DNA of 64,000 bases from an uncultured Acidimicrobiia bacterium (lineage in GTDB: Bacteria; Acidobacteriota; Vicinamibacteria; Vicinamibacterales; UBA2999), in contig CAWCGQ010000004.1 of NCBI GenBank assembly GCA_963795125.1, positions 556,205-620,204 of the forward strand. Direction: 5' to 3'. A program made the translations under genes and the position numbers. Positions 50,415-57,857 of the stretch are shown here, piece by piece. Below the pieces are notes generated by a model. The model saw nothing but the letters and a program-made list of their open reading frames with translations, did no database searches and was not told the DNA's origin. How positions within the stretch are numbered: position 1 is the stretch's first letter; every line of letters starts with the position of its first letter.

Positions 50415-53297
50415 ATGAGGCGTTGGACTACGGGCCTGCTGGCTTTGCTGGTGGTGCTGTCGTATGGCGGAGCGGCCTTCGCTCAGGGCGGTGGCGCAAG
50501 CAGCACGGGCACGATACAGGGCCGCGTTACGGACGCGCAGGGAGCGGTTCTTCCGGGCGTCACCGTGACGGCAACCAGTCCGGCGCTGATTCAGCCGCAG
50601 ACGACCGTGACCTCCGAGACCGGCAATTACCGCTTCCCGGCGGTGCCCCCCGGCAACTTTGAATTGAGTTACGAGCTGGCCGGCTTCAACACCTTGAAGC
50701 GGGCGGGCATCTCGATCACCCTTGGCTTCACCGCCAACGTGAACGTGGAGCTCGCGCTCGCGACGCTGCAGGAGACCGTGACGGTCAGCGGCGCGTCGCC
50801 GGTGATCGACACCAGCTCGACGCGCGTGCAGCAGAACTTCAAGATGGAGCAGCTGCAGTCGATTCCGAACGGGCGCGACATGTGGGCGCTGCTGGCGGTG
50901 ACGCCGTCCGTGCAGATGGGCCGTATTGACGTTGGCGGCAACCGCGCCGGCACGCAGACCGGCTACACCGCCTACGGGATGACCGGCCAGGTCCGCGTCC
51001 TCATCGAAGGCATCAACACCACCGAGGGCACCGGCGGCGCGGGCTTCTATTTCGACTACGCCTCGCTCGAGGAAGCGTTCATCGGCACGAGCGGCCAGTC
51101 GGCGGAAATGCCGAATCCCGGCGTGCAGAGCCAGTTCATCGCGCGCAGCGGTTCGAACCAGTTCCAGGGCGAGTACCACCTCGATTGGTATAACAACTCG
51201 CTGCAGGGCTCGAACATTCCCGATTCGTACACCGCGCCCACCGCCTTCAACAACTCGCCGATCCGCGCGCACAGCAACGAGATTGGCCGCTATTACGATC
51301 AGGACATCAACATCGGCGGTCCGCTCAAGAAGGACAAGCTGTGGATGTTCGGCACCTACCGCACGCAGTTCAACGCCGTCGCCCAGCCCCAGTTCACCTT
51401 CGACCAGACGTTCGACACCAAGTTGTGGAACCCGGTGGCGAAGCTCACCTACCAGCTGAATCAGAAGAACAAGATCATCGGCTACTACCAGTGGGGCCAG
51501 AAGGAACAGCCCAACCGCCTGCCGTTTGCGACCTATACCTACAACTCGCCGGAGCAGACGTTCAAGCAGGACTCGGGCAGCTGGGTCTACAAGGGCGAAT
51601 GGAACGGCACCATCAGCGACAAGCTGTATGTCGAAGCCCGTTACGGTGACTTCGGCTACTACTTCCCGCTCATCGCCAATAGCTCCGCGAACTTCTGGTT
51701 CCGCGACAGCGGCCGACTCGAACTCGACGGCGCCAACCAGATCTGGCAGCTCGATCGCGACCGCAAGCAGTACACCGCCGCCGCCACCTATTTCCTCGAC
51801 ACCGCCAAGGGCAGCCACACCTTCAAGATGGGTGGCGAATTGCTCAAGGAGCAGTCGTGGGAAGGCTACCTGCAGCAGTGGGGCGGCAACATCGAGCACC
51901 TCTACAGCAACGGCGCCTCGAGCCAGGTGATCTTCGCCTTTCCGACCGCGACCGACGCCGGCAAGCTGAGCGCGCACGACAAGCTGAACGCCCGCGCGGC
52001 GCTCGATCAGATCGGCGCGTTTCTGAACGATACCTGGTCGATCGGCCGGGCCACCGTCAATGCCGGTGTCCGCTACGATCGCTATCGCGGCTGGCTGCCG
52101 GAACAGCAGCAGCTGCCGGGTTCGGTGGCGCAGTGGGCCAGCCGTTTCCCGTCGCTCGCCAACCAGGTGACGGCGAAAACGTTTGCGTCAAAGACGTTCT
52201 ACACCTGGAACCAGGTGGCGCCGCGCATCGGCATGACCTTCGACCTGTCGGGCGACGGCAAGACGGTGCTCAAGGGCAACTACGGCCTCTACTGGCACAA
52301 TCCGGGCGCCGGCGTCGCGGGCAGCGGCAATGCCAACACCGCCGACAAGCGCGCGACCTATTCGTGGAACGACGTGAACGGCGATCGCCGCTGGCAGCCG
52401 GGTGAAGAAGGCGCGCAGGTGTCCGCGTCGCTCGAGGGCGCCATCGGCGTCGACCCCAACATCAGCGCGCCCTATACCCACGAGGCGAGCGTGTGGCTCG
52501 AGCGTCAGGTCACCGACACCATGGGCGTGCGCGCCGGCTTCGTCTACAAGACGGAAGACGACCTGATTGCGACCTACCAGCCGTTCCGCGGTCCCTCGGC
52601 CTTCACGGTGCCCTACACCTTCGTCGACATCGGCGTCGATGGCCGCTCCGGTACGGCGGACGATCGCAACCTGACCCTCTACGGCATCCCGAACGCCAAC
52701 CTGGCGAACTTCCCCAACACCCAGGTCGTTCAGAACGTCGACCAGTACTCGCGCTACAAGACCTACGAGGTCTCGATGAACAAGCGCTACGGCAACAAGT
52801 GGTCGGGATCGCTCGGCTACGGCTTCACGCAGTTGTCGGATTTCCCCAACGGCCCGGTCCGCAACCCGAACAACCCCGGGTTGGAGGAACGAACGATTTG
52901 GAACTTCAAGGGCACGGGTTCGTACGACGCGCCGTACGGCATCCGCGTCTCCCCGGTCCTGCGTCATCAGTCCGGCGCCAACTACGCCCGCACGCTGTCG
53001 ATCACGGCTCCGGCGGCGCTGGCCCTGACCGCAACCTCCTCGGGCAACGGCGCGACCGCGTATGCCGAACCGATGAACAGCAACCGCGAGGACAACATCT
53101 GGGTGTTCGACATCCGCGCCGAAAAGCAGTTCACGTTCGGCTCGCGAGTCCGTCTCCGCGCGTATATCGACGGCTTTAACCTGGCCAACAGCTACGCGTC
53201 CGAAACCATCAGCCGCGCCACCGGACTGGGGTATCAGAAGCCCTCGGCCATTCTCGCTCCGAGGACCGCGCGCGTCGGCTTCCGGTTCATTTTCTAG
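50415..53297 (+). CDS. CarboxypepD_reg-fused TonB-dependent-receptor-like outer-membrane protein (paralog 1)
   Basis: Signal peptide, TGTIQGRVTDAQGAVLPGVTVTATS...TGNYRFPAVPPGNFEL, plug-like SGASPVIDTSST. A long beta-barrel ends ...PRTARVGFRFIF. The ATG at 50415 has a GAGGAGG Shine-Dalgarno. Confidence 0.85.
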   Translation: MRRWTTGLLALLVVLSYGGAAFAQGGGASSTGTIQGRVTDAQGAVLPGVTVTATSPALIQPQTTVTSETGNYRFPAVPPGNFELSYELAGFNTLKRAGISITLGFTANVNVELALATLQETVTVSGASPVIDTSSTRVQQNFKMEQLQSIPNGRDMWALLAVTPSVQMGRIDVGGNRAGTQTGYTAYGMTGQVRVLIEGINTTEGTGGAGFYFDYASLEEAFIGTSGQSAEMPNPGVQSQFIARSGSNQFQGEYHLDWYNNSLQGSNIPDSYTAPTAFNNSPIRAHSNEIGRYYDQDINIGGPLKKDKLWMFGTYRTQFNAVAQPQFTFDQTFDTKLWNPVAKLTYQLNQKNKIIGYYQWGQKEQPNRLPFATYTYNSPEQTFKQDSGSWVYKGEWNGTISDKLYVEARYGDFGYYFPLIANSSANFWFRDSGRLELDGANQIWQLDRDRKQYTAAATYFLDTAKGSHTFKMGGELLKEQSWEGYLQQWGGNIEHLYSNGASSQVIFAFPTATDAGKLSAHDKLNARAALDQIGAFLNDTWSIGRATVNAGVRYDRYRGWLPEQQQLPGSVAQWASRFPSLANQVTAKTFASKTFYTWNQVAPRIGMTFDLSGDGKTVLKGNYGLYWHNPGAGVAGSGNANTADKRATYSWNDVNGDRRWQPGEEGAQVSASLEGAIGVDPNISAPYTHEASVWLERQVTDTMGVRAGFVYKTEDDLIATYQPFRGPSAFTVPYTFVDIGVDGRSGTADDRNLTLYGIPNANLANFPNTQVVQNVDQYSRYKTYEVSMNKRYGNKWSGSLGYGFTQLSDFPNGPVRNPNNPGLEERTIWNFKGTGSYDAPYGIRVSPVLRHQSGANYARTLSITAPAALALTATSSGNGATAYAEPMNSNREDNIWVFDIRAEKQFTFGSRVRLRAYIDGFNLANSYASETISRATGLGYQKPSAILAPRTARVGFRFIF

Positions 53298-53332
53298 GCA
53301 TTCCACTCTCGGCTCCTGTGGGGGAGTCGTTA

Positions 53333-53373
53333 GGCGGGTGGCCGCTACGCCGGCGCCACCCGCCGTTTTTTTT
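53333..53373 (+). terminator. Intrinsic terminator after TonB-type paralog 1
   Basis: GGCGGGTGGC...GCCACCCGCC followed by a T8 run. Confidence 0.75.
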
Positions 53374-53661
53374 GTCAGGCCGCGGCATCGATCGACAGAC
53401 CGCCGGTTGGGGCGAGATTTACGCACGATTCGTCACGGGCCGGCGACGGCGGTCCGTCACCCCCAGACGTGCGTTGACCCGTCTTGGTTTGCATCTGACC
53501 CCCGCCTTTCGGTATGGTTGCCGTTGGTACCGCGTGACCATCCCCGGGGCAAATCCTCGTCCGGTGCCTCTCATCGCGCTTTGTTCGTCAATCCGTGTTC
53601 GATTTGCATTGTCGGTAAGTGGGCTCTGGCCGCGGGTCAGCCCCCCCACAAGGAGGGAAAC

Positions 53662-56517
53662 ATGAGGCATTGGTTTAGTGGCCTGTTGGCCGTGGCGGCG
53701 GTGGTGTCGTTGGCCACGTCGGCGTCTGCGCAGGGCGGCGGCGCCAGCAGCACCGGCACGATTCAGGGCCGGGTGTCGGACTCGCAGGGCGCGGTGTTGC
53801 CCGGCGTGACCGTGACCGCGACCAGTCCGTCGGCGCTCGGCGCGCAAACGACGGTGACGTCGGAGACGGGAAATTACCGTTTCCCCGCGGTGCCCCCCGG
53901 CAACTATGAACTGACCTTCGAGCTGGCGGGCTTCAACTCGCTCAAGCGCTCGGGCATTTCGATCACCCTCGGCTTCACCGCCCAGGTGAACGTCGAGCTC
54001 GCACTCGCCACGCTGCAGGAGACGGTCACGGTGAGCGGCGCCTCGCCGGTCATCGACACCAGCTCGACGCGCGTGCAGCAGAATTTCAAGCTCGAACAAC
54101 TCCAGTCGCTGCCCAATGGCCGTGACATGTGGGCGCTGCTGGCGGTCACGCCGTCGGTGCAGATGAGCCGCATCGATGTCGGCGGCAACCGCGCCGGCAC
54201 CCAGACCGGTTACACCGCCTACGGCCAGAGCGGCCAGGTGCGCGTGCTGATCGAAGGCATCAACTCGACCGAGGGCACCACCGGCGCCGGGTTCTATTTC
54301 GATTATTCGTCGCTCGAAGAAGTGTTCCTCGGCACCAGCGGCCAGTCGGCGGAAATGCCCAATCCGGGCGTGCAGTCGCAGTTTGTCGCCAAGTCGGGCG
54401 GCAACCAGTTCAGCGGCGAGTACTACATCGACTGGTACAACAACTCGCTGCAGGGCGCGAACATTCCCGCCGACTACTCGACGCCGACCGCGTTTCGCAA
54501 CTCGCCGATCCGCCAGCACAGCAACGAGATCGATCGCTACTACGACACCGCGATCAATGCCGGCGGCCCGATCAAGAAGGACAAGATCTGGTGGTTCGGC
54601 ACCTATCGCACCCAGTTCAACGCCATCCAGCAGCCGAACTTCACCTTCGACAAGACCTTCGACACCAAGCTGTGGAATCCCGTCGCCAAGGGGACCTATC
54701 AGATCAACCAGAAGCAGAAGCTGATCGGCTACTACCAGTGGGGCCAGAAAGTTCAGCCGAATCGCCTGCCGTTCGGCACCTACACCTATCGCGACGAGGG
54801 GCCGACCAACCGGCAGGATTCCGGCAGCTGGGTCTACAAGGCCGAGTGGAACGCCACTGTGAGCGACAAGCTGTATGTCGAGGCCCGCTACGGCGACTTC
54901 GGCTACTACTTCCCGCAGATCACCAACGGCACCCAGGATTACTTCTGGCGCGATTCGGGCACCCTCGATATTCTCGGCTCGCATCAGAAGAACCAGAACG
55001 ATCGCGATCGCAAGCAGTGGAACGGCGCCGCCACCTACTTCCTCGACAGTTCGTCGGGCAGCCACACCTTCAAGCTCGGCGGCGAGATCCTGAAGGAACT
55101 GCAGTGGTTCGGCGTGTTGCAGGGCGTCGGCGGCAATATCGAGCACGTCTACAACAACGGCGTTTCGAACCAGCTGATCTTCCGCATTCCCACCGCCACC
55201 CAGGTCGGCGGCCTGAAGGACAACGACGAGGGCCACCTGACCACCCGCAATGCGCTGGATCAAACCTCGCTGTTCATCAACGACACCTGGTCGGTCGGCC
55301 GGTTGACGCTGAACGGCGGCGTGCGATGGGATCGCTACCACGGCTGGCTGCCCGAGCAGAGACAGCTGGCCGCCACCGTCGGCCCGGTCAGCGTCGCCGC
55401 CAAGACCTTTGCCGAGACCGATCTCTTCACCTGGAACCAGTTCGCGCCGCGAATCGGCGTGGTCTACGACCTGACCGGAGACGGCAAGACGGTGCTGAAG
55501 GGCAACTACGGCCTTTACTGGCACAACCCCGGCGTCGGCGTGCCAAGCGACGTCAACCCGAACACCGGCACCAAGTCGGCCACCTACGGGTGGAACGACA
55601 TCAATGGCGATCGGCGATATCAGGCGGGCGAGGAAACGGCGTTACAGGCCGCGTCGCTCGAAGGCGCCATTCGCCTCGATCCGAATCTGAGCGATCCGTA
55701 CACGCATGAAGCGGCGTTGTGGCTCGAACGTCAGCTGACCGAGACCATCGGCGTGCGCACGGGTTACGTCTACAAGACCGAAGACGATCTGATTCAGCTC
55801 TACATCCCAACCCGTGGCATCGACGCCTACCGGACCAGCGGCGTGCCGTTCAACTTCGTCGACATCGGTGTCGACGGCGTGCGCGGGACGGCGGACGATC
55901 GCAGTTTGAGCTACGTCGGGTTGCCGTCGGCCAACGCCGCGACGCTGTTTCCGACCACCCAGGTCGAAACCAACGTCGCGCAGTTCTCCCGCTATCGGAC
56001 CTTCGAAATGTCGCTCAACAAGCGCTACGGCAACAAGTGGTCGGCGTCGATTGGCGGCTCGCACACCTGGATGCAGGACTTCCCGAACAACTTCCCGCAG
56101 AACCCGAATCAGCCGGGCGTGGAAGATCGGACCACCTGGAACTTCAAGGCCAGCGGTTCCTACGACGCGCCGTTCGGCATCCGGGTCTCGCCGGTGCTGC
56201 GTCACCAGTCGGGCCTCAATTACGCCCGCACCAACAGCATCGCGTACCCGGCCGGTCTCACCGGATCAGGCACGACCGTCTACATGGAACCGATGAACTC
56301 GAACCGCGAGGACAACATCTGGGTGTTCGACGTCCGCGGCGAGAAGACGCTCAACCTCAGCAGCCGCGTGCGCACCCGGTTCTTCCTCGACCTGTTCAAC
56401 CTCTCCAACAGTCACGCGTCTGAAACGATCAGCCGCGCGACCGGCACCGGCTATCTGAAACCGTCGGCGATCCTGGCGCCGCGAACGGCGCGAGTCGGGT
56501 TCCGCTTCCTCTGGTAG
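53662..56517 (+). CDS. CarboxypepD_reg-fused TonB-dependent-receptor-like outer-membrane protein (paralog 2)
   Basis: Same architecture. The first ~200 aa are nearly identical to paralog 1. It ends ...PRTARVGFRFLW. The ATG at 53662 has an AAGGAGGG Shine-Dalgarno. Confidence 0.85.
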   Translation: MRHWFSGLLAVAAVVSLATSASAQGGGASSTGTIQGRVSDSQGAVLPGVTVTATSPSALGAQTTVTSETGNYRFPAVPPGNYELTFELAGFNSLKRSGISITLGFTAQVNVELALATLQETVTVSGASPVIDTSSTRVQQNFKLEQLQSLPNGRDMWALLAVTPSVQMSRIDVGGNRAGTQTGYTAYGQSGQVRVLIEGINSTEGTTGAGFYFDYSSLEEVFLGTSGQSAEMPNPGVQSQFVAKSGGNQFSGEYYIDWYNNSLQGANIPADYSTPTAFRNSPIRQHSNEIDRYYDTAINAGGPIKKDKIWWFGTYRTQFNAIQQPNFTFDKTFDTKLWNPVAKGTYQINQKQKLIGYYQWGQKVQPNRLPFGTYTYRDEGPTNRQDSGSWVYKAEWNATVSDKLYVEARYGDFGYYFPQITNGTQDYFWRDSGTLDILGSHQKNQNDRDRKQWNGAATYFLDSSSGSHTFKLGGEILKELQWFGVLQGVGGNIEHVYNNGVSNQLIFRIPTATQVGGLKDNDEGHLTTRNALDQTSLFINDTWSVGRLTLNGGVRWDRYHGWLPEQRQLAATVGPVSVAAKTFAETDLFTWNQFAPRIGVVYDLTGDGKTVLKGNYGLYWHNPGVGVPSDVNPNTGTKSATYGWNDINGDRRYQAGEETALQAASLEGAIRLDPNLSDPYTHEAALWLERQLTETIGVRTGYVYKTEDDLIQLYIPTRGIDAYRTSGVPFNFVDIGVDGVRGTADDRSLSYVGLPSANAATLFPTTQVETNVAQFSRYRTFEMSLNKRYGNKWSASIGGSHTWMQDFPNNFPQNPNQPGVEDRTTWNFKASGSYDAPFGIRVSPVLRHQSGLNYARTNSIAYPAGLTGSGTTVYMEPMNSNREDNIWVFDVRGEKTLNLSSRVRTRFFLDLFNLSNSHASETISRATGTGYLKPSAILAPRTARVGFRFLW

Positions 56518-56548
56518 GATCGAGCTCGGCTCCTGTGGGGGAGTCGTT

Positions 56549-56587
56549 AGGGTGGGAGGCGCTACGCCGGCGCCCCCGCCCTTTTTT
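56549..56587 (+). terminator. Intrinsic terminator after TonB-type paralog 2
   Basis: GGGTGGGAGGCGC-tac-GCCGGCGCCCCCGCCC followed by TTTTTT. It is homologous to the terminator at 53333. Confidence 0.7.
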
Positions 56588-56683
56588 AGTCCGCAATCAA
56601 GAGTCGGCAGTTAAGAGTTCGGTCGACAGTCTCAGCCGACAGTCTCAGCCGACAGTCTCAGCCGACAGTCCCAGTCGAGATTT
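56588..56683. repeat. 'AAGAGTCGNCAGTTAAGAG' family copy 4 followed by a 13-nt tandem repeat (GACAGTCTCAGCC x3)
   Basis: AGTCCGCAATCAAGAGTCGGCAGTTAAGAGTTCGGTC, then GACAGTCTCAGCC x3 and GACAGTCCCAGTC. Confidence 0.8.
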
Positions 56684-56708
56684 GGCGCCCGGCGGTATTC
56701 TGTATCGC

Positions 56709-57500
56709 ATGCCGGATCCCTCCATTACCTACGGAAGTTACCTCGCGGTTGATGAGCTGCTCGAGCTCCAGCGCCCCCGCTCGGACGGGCCCGAACATGA
56801 CGAGATGCTCTTCATCGTCATTCACCAGGTCTACGAACTGTGGTTCAAGCAGCTGCTGCATGAAGTCGATCGCGTGATGGTGCTGCTCGAGGCGCGCGAT
56901 CCGTTTCGCGCGCAGCACTCGCTGAAGCGCATTCTCACCATCCTGAAGGTGCTGGTGGCGCAGCTCGATATCCTCGAGACGATGACGCCGCTGGAGTTTC
57001 AGTCGTTCCGGCAACGGCTCGAAGCGGCCAGCGGGTTCCAGTCGGATCAATTCCGCCAGCTCGAGTTCGCGCTCGGCAACAAGTCGCCGGCGACGATCGA
57101 GCGCTTTCCCGAGGGCAGCCGTGCGCGCACCGCGCTCGAACGGCGGTTCGAGGCGGCCACGTTGTGGGATGCGTTCCTCAGGTACCTGGCGCGCGACGGC
57201 TATGCCGTGCCGGACCACCTGCTGTCGCGCGACGTCAGCAGACCGATCGAGCCCTCGCCCGAACTGCAATCAACGCTGATCGATCTGTATCGCCGCGATC
57301 CGCAGCACGCGGAAATGTGCGAGCGGCTCGTCGACCTCGACGAAGGACTGCAGGAATGGCGCTATCGCCACGTCAAGATGGTCCAGCGCACGATCGGCGC
57401 GAAGATCGGCACCGGCGGCTCGAGCGGCGCCCAGTATCTGGTGACGACCTTGATGACCCCGATATTTCCCGATCTCTGGGAAATCCGATCGCGGCTCTGA
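56709..57500 (+). CDS. kynA: Tryptophan 2,3-dioxygenase
   Basis: YGSYLAVDELLELQ, HDEMLFIVIHQVYELWFKQ, SGFQSDQFRQLEF, WRYRHVKMVQRTIGAKIGTGGSSG. Confidence 0.85.
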   Translation: MPDPSITYGSYLAVDELLELQRPRSDGPEHDEMLFIVIHQVYELWFKQLLHEVDRVMVLLEARDPFRAQHSLKRILTILKVLVAQLDILETMTPLEFQSFRQRLEAASGFQSDQFRQLEFALGNKSPATIERFPEGSRARTALERRFEAATLWDAFLRYLARDGYAVPDHLLSRDVSRPIEPSPELQSTLIDLYRRDPQHAEMCERLVDLDEGLQEWRYRHVKMVQRTIGAKIGTGGSSGAQYLVTTLMTPIFPDLWEIRSRL

Positions 57501-57747
57501 AACCAACAGAACCAACAATCCGAAGCCGCGATTTTCAATGCATTGGATTAGATGGCGCCAAGGGCGGCCGGGCTGAGAATTCAGGCCGTTTTCTTTACAC
57601 TTTTTCTGTGCAACTCCGGCACGTCGATTGCTCTTATGGGGGTTGAAAGTTGCTTGTCCCGCCCGAAGCCGGTTGGCGAAGGCGGACCGCCCCCACAGGA
57701 GCAGCAATTTTTATTTTGAGCCAGGCTGACTAGGCCACTGGCTCGGA

Positions 57748-57776
57748 GGGCCCCAGGATTGGGGCCCTTTGTTTTT
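57748..57776 (+). terminator. Terminator-like hairpin about 80 nt upstream of the cytochrome gene (attenuator or end of a small RNA)
   Basis: GGGCCCC-AGGATT-GGGGCCC followed by TTTGTTTTT. Confidence 0.55.
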
Positions 57777-57857
57777 CTGGGCCGAACGGTGTCCGGGCGG
57801 CCGGATCCGGCGAAGCTCGAAACACACCAGCGAGCGAAGGTGGATAGAATCCACCCG

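Noticed and set aside
53338-53661. N-terminal extensions suggested by the ORF track. These are 53338 for paralog 2, 50367 for paralog 1, 56535 for kynA, 57759 for the cytochrome, 60925 for the fusion gene, 41531 for rseP, 37237 for the NHL gene, 29795 for the ankyrin gene and 35877-37535 for HupE.
   Set aside because: The extensions run through terminators, repeat arrays or the neighbouring gene, and are low complexity. Internal starts with Shine-Dalgarno sequences give normal signal peptides or conserved N-termini.
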